Assembly (NCBI GenBank): GCA_021825465.1
Contig: JAKAGX010000001.1
Location: forward strand, 5,347-69,346
Reading direction: 5' to 3'
DNA: 64,000 nt
From: a bacterium
GTDB taxonomy: Bacteria > Patescibacteriota > Minisyncoccia > UBA6257 > GWB1-50-10
Below, piece after piece: positions 18,564 through 28,055 of this stretch. The notes below the pieces were generated by a model that saw only the letters and a program-made list of their open reading frames with translations, was not told where the DNA came from and did not search any database. Every line of letters begins with the position of its first letter. Position 1 is the first letter of the stretch. The position numbers and the translations under genes were made by a program.

Positions 18564-19820
18564 TTACAGTAAATTTTTATACTTCTCCAACAACTCTTCC
18601 GTCACGCCGTTCCGAAGACAAATATCCCGGTAAAGATGTGCCGAAGGGCGCATTTTTCTTTCGAGGGTTTTATAATCAACTTCGATAAGGCCAAATCGCG
18701 GCCAAAAACCTTCCCCCCACTCGAAATTATCCAAAAGAGACCAGTGGAGGTACCCTCTCACATCCACCCCGTTTTCGATTGCTCGATGGACCCGCTTCAA
18801 GGTTTCTACAATAAACCACGGCCGCTTAACATCCCCCTCGTCGGCCAAGCCGTTTTCCGTGATATAGATCGGCTTCCCGAACCGCTTGAGATCCATGAGT
18901 ACATGCTCCATCGACTCCGGATAAAGCTCCCACCCCAGATCTGAAAGGATTCGATTCTTCCGGTTCTTCCACCAGTGATCCATTTTATGGTGGAAGTAAT
19001 GGTTCAAACCGATGAAATCCTGATAATTGGCAATTCGGCCCAGGAAGTAGAAATTCCACCACCAGTCTGCAACCGCCTTAAAAATGTGCCCCGTAAAACT
19101 CCTCCGCGAAGCTTCGAAGTGCATGTTATGCGAAGCAATACCGATTTGCGCTTCCGGCGATATTCTTTTAATGACGTGGTACGCCGCAATGTGAGCTTTT
19201 ATGAGATTATGAAAAACTTTCAAATACGCGGAAGGGTTCATCTTCTGAGGCGGCCATTCTCCAATCAAAAAAGATTCGGCGCTGTAGACCTGCGGCTCAT
19301 TCAGCGTTATCCAAAACCGCACGTCGTGGCTCAACGCTGTAACCACTCGATCCGCATACCGCGCAAAATACTTCGGCATATGCTTCGATTCCCATCCCCC
19401 CTTGTCTCGGAGCCAGAGCGGGATCGGCCAATGCCAGATCGTGACGAACGGCTCAAGGCCGTTCGTCCGCGCCGAGCGAATGACATCCTGATAGTGTTGT
19501 ATTTCCCGCTCGTCGAATTTTCCTTCTTCCGGCTCGATACGCGACCATTCGAGCGAGAAACGCGTGGCATTGTGTCCCATTTCTTTTGCCATCTTGAAGT
19601 CGTCGTCAAACCGGTGATAATTGTCCGCCGCCATGCCGGAAATGAAATTATCCTCCCCGAATTTTTCGATCAGCTTTAGCTTTCTCAGGTGTTTCAGCCG
19701 CTTCTCCGACTTTTCCCACTCGCTCCAGTCATTCACCGTGCTGCCTTCAACTTGATGCGCCGCCGTGGAAGCGCCCCAGAAAAACCCTTTCGGGAAAATG
19801 AAACTATTTTGCTCTTTCAT
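18564..19820 (-). CDS. GH1 beta-glucosidase
   Basis: It has the GH1 N-terminal signature 'FPKGFFWGASTAAHQVEG', the nucleophile motif 'ITENG' and the acid/base motif 'TLNEP'. Confidence 0.85.
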   Translation of the reverse strand: MKEQNSFIFPKGFFWGASTAAHQVEGSTVNDWSEWEKSEKRLKHLRKLKLIEKFGEDNFISGMAADNYHRFDDDFKMAKEMGHNATRFSLEWSRIEPEEGKFDEREIQHYQDVIRSARTNGLEPFVTIWHWPIPLWLRDKGGWESKHMPKYFARYADRVVTALSHDVRFWITLNEPQVYSAESFLIGEWPPQKMNPSAYLKVFHNLIKAHIAAYHVIKRISPEAQIGIASHNMHFEASRRSFTGHIFKAVADWWWNFYFLGRIANYQDFIGLNHYFHHKMDHWWKNRKNRILSDLGWELYPESMEHVLMDLKRFGKPIYITENGLADEGDVKRPWFIVETLKRVHRAIENGVDVRGYLHWSLLDNFEWGEGFWPRFGLIEVDYKTLERKMRPSAHLYRDICLRNGVTEELLEKYKNLL

Positions 19821-20818
19821 TGTTGTAAAAGTTGTTTACCTAAATCCCAAAAACTCGGATCGCCGTGGATCTTTCTCCAATACCACCACTCCGATCCCCA
19901 GAGATAGATGGGCGAAAGGCCGGTCCGTTCGGCAAACTGGAAATTATCGCGGAGCGTCGTCGTCGAGAAATCCGACGTTTGCGCATTCATGCTCTCATAG
20001 GCCAAAGGTGCGCCGTTCAAGGACCACGGTTCGGCTTGCAGTTCCGAAATGAAGACGTTCGAAACGCCCGTCAATTCCTTCACCACAGCTGCCTTCAGAG
20101 CATAAAAAGCCGGCGGAATGAAGAAGTAATGGAATGCGCCGATCGTCGGCGCCGAAACGACGCGGTACAGCGTCGTCCCGAAGACGTTCACGTGCGATGC
20201 CGGGGCGAACCACCACCCCAGCTCCCCGCTGTCGGTCGTCAAAACGGGCCGCGTCGGGTCGAGTTTGTGAACGAGCGCGATCTCCTCATTAAAAAGATTT
20301 TGGCTGAACGGCGGACAGTTGCCGAACACCCCAAGATACGGTTCGTTCTCGATCTGCCATGCTTTGATCGCCGAATACGACTTGTAATGTTCGATCACGT
20401 GCGTGAGATATGAAAGAAGCGCCTGATCGTAACCGTTCGAACCGGGTGCCGGGGCCCAATTCGGAATATGGCATTCAGGCCATCGCGGCACGCGCTCCCC
20501 GACCGCAAGGATAACGTTTTTCCCTTTCGCTTCCGCAAGATTCATTTCCCAATCCAAATCGGAAAAGTCATACGAGCCCTCGCGCGGTTCGAGGTACTGC
20601 CAATATGCCATAAGAAGGAGGTTTTGCGGATTCAAATCATTCACGATCGATCCATAGGCGGCTTTCCAATCGAGCCCCAGCCCTTCTTTTGCGTAGAGTT
20701 CACTGAACGAAAGGCCCGTTTCGGGATGACCGTTCCCAAAGCTCAAGAGAAAACTCCCGAGATACAGGGAAAAAAGAACGGCAACGATCGCCCCGGCGAT
20801 TCTCAAAAACTTCTTCAT
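19817..20818 (-). CDS. Clan GH-A glycoside hydrolase (GH5-like), signal/anchor at N-terminus
   Basis: It carries 'WQIENEP' (the NEP acid/base motif) and has a TIM-barrel-length sequence with an N-terminal hydrophobic segment. The start was moved to 'MKKFLRIAG'. Confidence 0.5.
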   Translation of the reverse strand: MKKFLRIAGAIVAVLFSLYLGSFLLSFGNGHPETGLSFSELYAKEGLGLDWKAAYGSIVNDLNPQNLLLMAYWQYLEPREGSYDFSDLDWEMNLAEAKGKNVILAVGERVPRWPECHIPNWAPAPGSNGYDQALLSYLTHVIEHYKSYSAIKAWQIENEPYLGVFGNCPPFSQNLFNEEIALVHKLDPTRPVLTTDSGELGWWFAPASHVNVFGTTLYRVVSAPTIGAFHYFFIPPAFYALKAAVVKELTGVSNVFISELQAEPWSLNGAPLAYESMNAQTSDFSTTTLRDNFQFAERTGLSPIYLWGSEWWYWRKIHGDPSFWDLGKQLLQQ

Positions 20819-20819
20819 A

Positions 20820-21722
20820 CTACAGGAAAAGCACGGCAACGCCAGCCGTTATAAGGACAATCGAAATGACCTTTTGACGCACGATTCCCGGCCTTAAGGG
20901 CTCCTTGAGAAGTTTTGGATATTTTTTCGAAAGGAAAACAATGAATCCGAAAAGGAACGCATACTGGATCCCCGAGAGCGCGTTCACCAGGGACACCGGA
21001 CCCAGGGAAAACGCATAGTTCACCAAAACGAACGAAAGAAGCGCCGCGATTTGGCCGGCAATGAAAATGAAGTCGGTCTTCACGTTCGATTTTTTGAACG
21101 ATTTGAAAATATTCCGTCGCGGGACTTTCGGGAAAAGTAAGAATGCCGCACCGAGGACGGCACCGAACCCCCGCCACATGAAACCGTTGATAAAGGTGTC
21201 GTTATTGAAAACGAATTTCATCAAAACCTGCGACGCGCCGAAGAGGACCGCCGCAAGGATCGAACCCAAAAAGAGCCTTGCGCCCATGTGCGCCAAGCGT
21301 TCTTTCAAGGACTCTTCGTGGGACACGATGAATCCGCCGATGACGATGAGGGCGAAGCCGATCAATTGATCCGTGTTCAGAAATTCGCCGAGCGCGAAGA
21401 AAGCCATCAAAAAGACGAAGATCGGCGTCATGCCCCCCGTCAAAGGAACCACTTGGGACGCTTCTTCGCGCGCAAGCAGCTTATAGAGAATGAGGAGCGC
21501 ATAGACATATGTCACGCCCGATGCGAGAGCTGCGAGGACGACGGCGACCGACGGCGCAAAAAAACTGAACGGCAAAAGAACGACGGTCAAGGCGCCGAGG
21601 ATGTTCACAAAAAACGTGTAAACCCACGGATCGGGGATGAGATCTTTCAGCATCACCTTCGAAACCACGAACGATATGGCGTTCAAAAAATACGCGACGA
21701 GACCGATGTAAAGCCAGTTCAT
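20820..21722 (-). CDS. EamA/DMT-family transporter
   Basis: It has about 10 TM with duplicated EamA-like halves. Confidence 0.65.
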   Translation of the reverse strand: MNWLYIGLVAYFLNAISFVVSKVMLKDLIPDPWVYTFFVNILGALTVVLLPFSFFAPSVAVVLAALASGVTYVYALLILYKLLAREEASQVVPLTGGMTPIFVFLMAFFALGEFLNTDQLIGFALIVIGGFIVSHEESLKERLAHMGARLFLGSILAAVLFGASQVLMKFVFNNDTFINGFMWRGFGAVLGAAFLLFPKVPRRNIFKSFKKSNVKTDFIFIAGQIAALLSFVLVNYAFSLGPVSLVNALSGIQYAFLFGFIVFLSKKYPKLLKEPLRPGIVRQKVISIVLITAGVAVLFL

Positions 21723-23026
21723 CCCTTTTTCTTTTCGATCAACTTTTCGATGTTATACGCTCCCATTTTTTCCGCTTCCAAAAATCCGTGCATGGCAGCC
21801 TCCGCGAACCACCCGTCCTTCACGTAATCAAAGAGCCACTCGTGGGTATATTCCGGATCGTATTGGTCCATGCCGGCGCCGACTTTAAAAAGCCATTCCC
21901 GATTGAAATCTTCCTGCGAACCGATGGGCGGCGCAATGATGATCGGCAATCCCAAGCCGCAATAAAACGAAAGTTCCGACGGCTTCGTCCAAAGAATATC
22001 CGTTACGCGGAGCATTTTATTGAATTTCTCGAAGTAATCGGGAATGCCGATGGCCCACAGGATCTCGGCCCCGTCGTCGAACGGCTCCCTGAATCCGAGT
22101 TTTTTGAGCTCGTCCGCAAAATAATTCATCGCCGTTCGGTGAGTGCCGGCAGAAAGGACGACCTTCACTTTCTTTGCCCTGATATCATCCTGCAAACTTT
22201 TTACGATCGCGATACCGATCTCTTTTTGTGCCCCCGCTCCGCCGATCGAAAACATGAGCGTGAGCGGGCGTCCGGCTTCCTTCGGCAGTGCACCGAAGTT
22301 TTCCTTGATAACGGGACCATACTCGCTTGCATACCGCCCCCTCGGGTCGAGGTTCACGAGCCGCGGACCCATGTCTTTCCGCAACGTTTTCATTCCCGGT
22401 CCGCCGATGTTCTCTTTCGGAAGCGGATACCCGGTCAAATGGATGTTCCCTTCTTTGATGCCGTAGAGTTTCAACCGCTCAAAGACCCGATCGGTCGAAG
22501 CACAGTAATGGATCCTTGTCTTTTCAGGATTCAAAGGAGCCCAACTCCGAGCGACGTCGGCATCGGCTGTCACACAGTAAATGTCGCCGGGATAACGCCA
22601 TTCTTCGGCCATGAACGCCGTCGTAAAGAATGTGGTGATGAGCGGGATCTTCCCCTTGGATAACCGCTCAATGATGTCTCTCCCCCATCCGCGCCGAATG
22701 AGGCGGTATTCTTGCCGCAAAGTCCCGGTCGGACGCGAAAGATCGCGTTTCGGGTAAAAGTTCAAAATGCGCTGAAAGCGATCATATAAATAGAAAACGG
22801 CAGATCCCACAAGCGGCACCCGTTTGAAGCGGGAAATAAATTCATAAAAATGCGACGTACTGGACCAAATCTCCCGGTCGTCCGTCGGGATCCCCTCATA
22901 ATCGTTTGCATTGATCACTTTCCCGTCGGGAGAGAGATCCCTCAACGGGAAGGCCGTCCGCTGATGGCCGTATCCCATGGAAACCGCGATGACCCATGCC
23001 TTCCCCTTCGGAGCATCTTTCGCCAT
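21719..23026 (-). CDS. GT-B glycosyltransferase, GT28 / MGDG-synthase-like
   Basis: The N-terminal 'VIAVSMGYGHQRTA' is G-loop-like. The C-terminal 'DILWTKPSELSFYCGLGLPIIIAPPIGSQEDFNREWLFKVGAG' matches the Glyco_tran_28_C pattern. Confidence 0.6.
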   Translation of the reverse strand: MAKDAPKGKAWVIAVSMGYGHQRTAFPLRDLSPDGKVINANDYEGIPTDDREIWSSTSHFYEFISRFKRVPLVGSAVFYLYDRFQRILNFYPKRDLSRPTGTLRQEYRLIRRGWGRDIIERLSKGKIPLITTFFTTAFMAEEWRYPGDIYCVTADADVARSWAPLNPEKTRIHYCASTDRVFERLKLYGIKEGNIHLTGYPLPKENIGGPGMKTLRKDMGPRLVNLDPRGRYASEYGPVIKENFGALPKEAGRPLTLMFSIGGAGAQKEIGIAIVKSLQDDIRAKKVKVVLSAGTHRTAMNYFADELKKLGFREPFDDGAEILWAIGIPDYFEKFNKMLRVTDILWTKPSELSFYCGLGLPIIIAPPIGSQEDFNREWLFKVGAGMDQYDPEYTHEWLFDYVKDGWFAEAAMHGFLEAEKMGAYNIEKLIEKKKG

Positions 23027-23042
23027 ATGAAGTTATTATAAA

Positions 23043-24494
23043 TCACTGACGCAAAAACTGAAGGAGAAGCGGAACCGGAGATCCGGTTGCGCCTTTTGAT
23101 AGATAGTCGCCGTCGATCGAAGTCATTCTGGGCGCCATGTCGATGTGCACCCACGAGACTCCTTTGGCGAATTGCCACAGGAAGGCGGCGGCAGTGATCG
23201 CCCCGCCATAACGGGTCTTTGCATCGTTCGCCACATCGCCGAACGTTCCCTTGATATCGTCTTCATATTCTTCCCAGAGCGGAAGCGGCCATACATAATC
23301 GCCTGACAATTCTCCGCTTTCGACGATCCGTTCTTGCGTTTTCCCGTCCGTCGCAAAAATCGCCGATGCACGCTGGCCGAGTGCAACCATCGCGGCGCCG
23401 GTCAAAGTCGCAATATCAACGACGAGTTCGGGATCATACCGCTTTGCGTAATGGAGCGCGTCCGAAAGGATCACCCGGCCTTCCGCATCGGTATTCAAAA
23501 CTTCGATGGTCTTTCCCGACATCGTTTTCAAAAGATCGCCCGGCCGATAGCTCGAACCGGACGGCATGTTTTCCACAGCCGGCACGAGGCCGATGATGTT
23601 CTTTTTCAGCTTCAACCGCGCCGCCGCCGCGATCGTATGGATCACCGCCGCACCGCCCGACATATCCATGTGCATCTCATAAATGCCGCTCGAAGGCTTC
23701 AAATTCAATCCACCGCTGTCGAACGTGACGCCTTTTCCGACCAAAACAATCGGCTTCCCTTTCCCGCCCTTCACATACTCCATGATGATGAATTTCGGTT
23801 TCTCGGACGAACCGCGCGCGACGCCGAGAACGCCGCCCATCTTCAATTTCTTGATCTCGCCTTCCTGGAGCACCTTTACCTTGAAACCGGATCTCTTTCC
23901 TGCAGCGATCGCGGCTTGAGCTAAGACCGTCGGCGTCATATCGCCGCCCGGCGTGTTTGAGAGCTCCCTCGTTCCGTTCGTCTCTTCCCCGATGATCGTT
24001 CCTTCCTTCAACTGCTTCTCAATATCCGCTACGATCCGCCCCTTACCCGCGTATATCAGTATCTCATGAACGAAGTTCCATCCGCCCTTCGGCTGCGTTT
24101 TGTATTTTACGAATTCGAAATTCGCCATCTCAAATTCCATGGCGGCAACCCGCGGCATGACGGCATCGAATTCCTTTTCACCCGTCCGGAAATCATCGAT
24201 ATACACGACTATGCTCTTCAACCTATTCGCTTTGGCTATCGCAACAATCTTCCGCATAAGGAGCATCGATTTCCGGTGGTTGAATTTTTCCGGAACCTTG
24301 GCGAAGAGCATCTTTCTGCCTCCCGGCAGCGGGACAACGCGTTCCCCCTCTTTCGGGTTCTTTTCAATGCTCCTCACATACTCCTTTTCCTTGGCGCTCA
24401 ACATGCCAAAAAACGGATGTTTTTCGACATCTTGGCGTATCGCAAAAACCACATCGACGTTCTGCGGAATTTTTTCAGTTTGTTTGATGGTCAT
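23043..24494 (-). CDS. pepA: Leucyl aminopeptidase (M17)
   Basis: It has the signature 'VLNTDAEGRVILSDAL' and the metal ligands 'TLTGAAMVALG'. Its 5' leader carries the same 24 nt motif found between array paralogs. Confidence 0.85.
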   Translation of the reverse strand: MTIKQTEKIPQNVDVVFAIRQDVEKHPFFGMLSAKEKEYVRSIEKNPKEGERVVPLPGGRKMLFAKVPEKFNHRKSMLLMRKIVAIAKANRLKSIVVYIDDFRTGEKEFDAVMPRVAAMEFEMANFEFVKYKTQPKGGWNFVHEILIYAGKGRIVADIEKQLKEGTIIGEETNGTRELSNTPGGDMTPTVLAQAAIAAGKRSGFKVKVLQEGEIKKLKMGGVLGVARGSSEKPKFIIMEYVKGGKGKPIVLVGKGVTFDSGGLNLKPSSGIYEMHMDMSGGAAVIHTIAAAARLKLKKNIIGLVPAVENMPSGSSYRPGDLLKTMSGKTIEVLNTDAEGRVILSDALHYAKRYDPELVVDIATLTGAAMVALGQRASAIFATDGKTQERIVESGELSGDYVWPLPLWEEYEDDIKGTFGDVANDAKTRYGGAITAAAFLWQFAKGVSWVHIDMAPRMTSIDGDYLSKGATGSPVPLLLQFLRQ

Positions 24495-24521
24495 ACTAAC
24501 TACTATATACCAAATACTCGT

Positions 24522-26303
24522 CTAAGCCACCTCCTTCTGGTAGCATTCCTCGCAATACACGATCTCGGAGCGATCGGGCGAATAGGTCGTCTCGAATTCG
24601 TTCGGACAATGCTCCGCGCCGTGGACATGGGATGCGGTATTGCGGTAGACGCCGTTCACGCTCGCCGATCCTCCGCACTGGCACTTTCCTTTCCAAAGCT
24701 TCAACGGATTTCTCTGGCTCAAGCGCTCGTAGTGCCGGCAATTCGAACAAAGGTGCGGCAGAGGCAGGTTGAATTTTCGGTAGAAGCCCAACTCGGCGGG
24801 GGTCACTTTGAAAGCCGTCGCACATTGATCGTTGCATTTCCCGCCGTGAGCGCAGCTTATGACCTCATTCAAGATCGAATCTTTTACTTCCGCTATCGTA
24901 TCGGGCAAATCATCCGATCTCAAGGTCACGGTGTATTGCTTTTCGGACGATTCGCGCCATTTATATCCCAGTTTCATCGCCTCATCGTGACTCAAGGGGT
25001 GAAGCTCGGCCGCCACCGTCTCGTTGTACGAGAAAGGTGATATTTCCGAGGGGAAAAATTCGCCATAGCCGTACTTCCTGCCGCCTTTGTCCATATACGG
25101 CATATCATCCATATGTTTCCGTATTTGCGGAATGAGCTTTTCATACTCCTCTTTTTCATATTGTTTGTTCAAGATGCAGTACTGCTTATTCCTCAATCCT
25201 ACGCATCCGAAGAGGTTCGACGAATCGTGGCAATTATATGAATAAAGCGTGTCGCGGCAAGAGCGCACGAAGCGCGAATAATAAATCCCGCTTCCCGGAT
25301 AAACAGTCGACGAGTCTACCACCCGTTCGGTGTTCAAACCCGAATGGTCGCAATCGAAGCAATCTTTCACTTCGGAATAAATAAGCCAAAGGTAACTTGA
25401 ATCTTCCGCTCCGCCGAATACGCTGAACGAGCGACGGCAATTTTTAGCGCCTTCGAGGTCGTCTCCGCTCGAATTGACGCTTCGGATGACCTTCGCGAAT
25501 CTCCTGGGATATTTCAACGATTCGCTCCGGAATCGTTCTTTCATTTTTGAAAGCGACCGGTACCCCCGGGGCATCAATTCCTTGACCTTTTCCTCGTACT
25601 CATCTTTCGAATATTCCTTGTTGAAAATGCAATACGACTTGTTGTTCAAATTCGTGCACCCGAAACAATGGTGGCAGTTGCGGCAGTTGAACAAAAACGC
25701 GCTGTCGTAGCAACCTTCGCAATATCTGCTCCACAACAACCGACTGGAAGAAATGCAATCGACGGTCTCGTAATTGAATTCGCTTTTTGAAATCCAATAG
25801 CAATCCATGCATTCTTTGCAATTGAAGATGAAAGCGGAGTACAGCGAGTTTTCATTGAAATCCCCGCCGATCACGAGATAGCAATCCTTATTGCCTTCGG
25901 TGATGCTGCAGTATTCGCTCCGCACGCCTCGCTGGTTCATAAGCGCCACATCCGGAACCTCTTGCCAGAGATCGCGCAGCTGCTCAAAGAAGTTTCGGGA
26001 AAAATTGTAATTCCTGCCGTACACCATCGGATCCCATGAATCTCCCCACCAGAACGCTTGATCGTAAATACGCTGCGGATTGTCCGGGGAAAAAAGCGAG
26101 AGGATCGTTTCGTTGTGCCCCGGCGCATCGCACGTTTTCCAATAAAGGATGCGCTCGTTCCGGAAGGTCATTCTCCGCTCGAGCCGGCAATCCGGACAAA
26201 AGGTCGGCGGAGGAACTTGCATCTTTTCATAAAAAGCGAAATCCTCGGCATAAACCATGAATTCCTTTTTGCAGTTTTGGCATTGCCGAATTTCCGAAGT
26301 CAT
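24522..26303 (-). CDS. Cys-rich zinc-ribbon repeat protein, array paralog 1 of 13 (3'-most; uncharacterised family)
   Basis: The 593 aa ORF starts with the N-terminal 'CQNCKKEF ... FYEKMQVPPPTFCPDCR'. It has duplicated 'LNNKSYCIFNKEYSKDEYE' and 'LRNKQYCILNKQYEKEEYEKL' modules. The C-terminus reads 'FYRKFNLPLPHLCSNCRHYERL ... CPNEFETTYSPDRSEIVYCEECYQKEVA'. There is no signal peptide. Confidence 0.85.
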   Translation of the reverse strand: MTSEIRQCQNCKKEFMVYAEDFAFYEKMQVPPPTFCPDCRLERRMTFRNERILYWKTCDAPGHNETILSLFSPDNPQRIYDQAFWWGDSWDPMVYGRNYNFSRNFFEQLRDLWQEVPDVALMNQRGVRSEYCSITEGNKDCYLVIGGDFNENSLYSAFIFNCKECMDCYWISKSEFNYETVDCISSSRLLWSRYCEGCYDSAFLFNCRNCHHCFGCTNLNNKSYCIFNKEYSKDEYEEKVKELMPRGYRSLSKMKERFRSESLKYPRRFAKVIRSVNSSGDDLEGAKNCRRSFSVFGGAEDSSYLWLIYSEVKDCFDCDHSGLNTERVVDSSTVYPGSGIYYSRFVRSCRDTLYSYNCHDSSNLFGCVGLRNKQYCILNKQYEKEEYEKLIPQIRKHMDDMPYMDKGGRKYGYGEFFPSEISPFSYNETVAAELHPLSHDEAMKLGYKWRESSEKQYTVTLRSDDLPDTIAEVKDSILNEVISCAHGGKCNDQCATAFKVTPAELGFYRKFNLPLPHLCSNCRHYERLSQRNPLKLWKGKCQCGGSASVNGVYRNTASHVHGAEHCPNEFETTYSPDRSEIVYCEECYQKEVA

Positions 26304-26312
26304 ATGTTTATT

Positions 26313-28055
26313 TTACACCACCTCCGCGTTATAGCACTCTTCGCAGTAGACCGTTTCTGGCCGCTCGGGAGCGAATGCCGTCTCGAACTCGTTCGGGCAT
26401 TTCCCCCTGCCGTGGAAGTGGGTCGATGTATCGCACATGCAGGAGCGATGCCAAAGCCTGAGGGGCGTCCCCTGCTTCAGACGCTCGTAGTGCCGGCAGT
26501 TCGGGCAGAGATGCGGAAGCGGCAAATCCATCCTCCTCAAGAACTGCAACTCCGGAGCGATGATCCTGAACGCGCCTGTGCATTGCTCGCCGCACTTCCC
26601 TCCGTGAGGGCATTCGATGGTCTGATCCAGAATGTCGTCTTTTACGCCCTCAATATCATCGGGTAATTTGTCCGCTTTCACCGAAATCGCATAATCCTTT
26701 GCCGTTTCATTTCTCCAGGGATACTTCTCTTCCGCCGCTTGTTCCGCCGTCAGCGGGAAATACTCCTCAGCGATCGTCTCGTTGTACGCGAAGGGAGAGA
26801 TCTCGATCGGGAAGAACTCGCCGTATTTATATATTCTCCCCTTCTCGTCCGTATACGGCATCTCGCCCATCTGTTTCTTGATCTTCGGGAGAAGCGCTTC
26901 GTATTCCTCTTTCGAGTACTGCTTGTTCAGAATACAAAAATCTTTTTTCCTCACTCCGACGCACCCGAAAAGGTTGGATCCTCCCCGACAGTAATCCGAA
27001 TACTCTACGTTCACGATGTTTTCGTAGGTATTGGAGGAAAAGAAATTGCGGGAATCGTGATAAGCGACATTGACCCCCTCATAGCTCAGCTCCCCGCCGT
27101 CTCCCGCGCCGTGGAGATCCATGCAGTCCTTGATCTTCAGCGCCTGCGTGCAATACCGCAGGTTTTCGCATTCATCGATGTTGAACGACTTGAAAATATT
27201 CTTGGAATTGATGATGTGGTTGCCGCTCACGTTCACAACCTTACTCGTGAACGCAAACCTTTGGATGGAGCGTTTCTTTAATTCGATAAATTCGCTCTTA
27301 AGCGACTCAATAACCCTTGCACTTCCTAATCCCATTTCCCGCATCTTCCTTTCGTACTCCTCCTTGGTCAGCTGTTCGCCTCGGAATACATAGGACTTGT
27401 TTCTCAAATTGGATCCCATGAAACAGCTCTTGCATCCCGCGCAGTTGTACAGAAAATAAGAATCCATGCAGTCGCGGCAATTTTGCAGATAAGCGGAGTG
27501 GACCGCGTGATTGGTGTCCATGGATTCATAGCAGAACTCGGAATCCGTAACGACGTTCGAATCGAAAACGTCGCGATCGTGGAATGCCTTGTGGCTATAG
27601 GCGATATTCTCGGAATAGAAGGTCGATGGTGCCATGTAAACGTCCTTCGAGAGCCATGTGAAATTCGAATACGGTGCGTTCTGATTTTGAAGGCTCTCCA
27701 AGGCCAGACGGGGAACTTCCGCTAAAAGTTTTCGGAATTGTTCAAAGAACGGCTTCGAAAAATCGTACTCGCGGCCGTACGACATGACATCCCACGTATC
27801 CGAGAACCAACAATCATAGCAGTAAACTTTGAACGGCCTCTCTCCGGAATACATCGAGATGATGGATTTGCCGCAAAGATCGCACGTATCCTTGTACAAA
27901 CTGCGCTCGTTCCGAAACGACATCCGCCGCTGCCGCCGGCATTCCGGGCACCAGGTTGGCGGAGGAACGTTGATCCGTTCGTAGAAACTAAAATCCCCAG
28001 GCTCAACGACGAACTCCTTCTTGCAGTTTTGACAGATCTTTGTTTCAGCGTTCAT
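26313..28055 (-). CDS. Cys-rich zinc-ribbon repeat protein, array paralog 2
   Basis: The 580 aa ORF has the same architecture. Its start overlaps the stop of paralog 3 in an ATGA arrangement. Confidence 0.85.
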   Translation of the reverse strand: MNAETKICQNCKKEFVVEPGDFSFYERINVPPPTWCPECRRQRRMSFRNERSLYKDTCDLCGKSIISMYSGERPFKVYCYDCWFSDTWDVMSYGREYDFSKPFFEQFRKLLAEVPRLALESLQNQNAPYSNFTWLSKDVYMAPSTFYSENIAYSHKAFHDRDVFDSNVVTDSEFCYESMDTNHAVHSAYLQNCRDCMDSYFLYNCAGCKSCFMGSNLRNKSYVFRGEQLTKEEYERKMREMGLGSARVIESLKSEFIELKKRSIQRFAFTSKVVNVSGNHIINSKNIFKSFNIDECENLRYCTQALKIKDCMDLHGAGDGGELSYEGVNVAYHDSRNFFSSNTYENIVNVEYSDYCRGGSNLFGCVGVRKKDFCILNKQYSKEEYEALLPKIKKQMGEMPYTDEKGRIYKYGEFFPIEISPFAYNETIAEEYFPLTAEQAAEEKYPWRNETAKDYAISVKADKLPDDIEGVKDDILDQTIECPHGGKCGEQCTGAFRIIAPELQFLRRMDLPLPHLCPNCRHYERLKQGTPLRLWHRSCMCDTSTHFHGRGKCPNEFETAFAPERPETVYCEECYNAEVV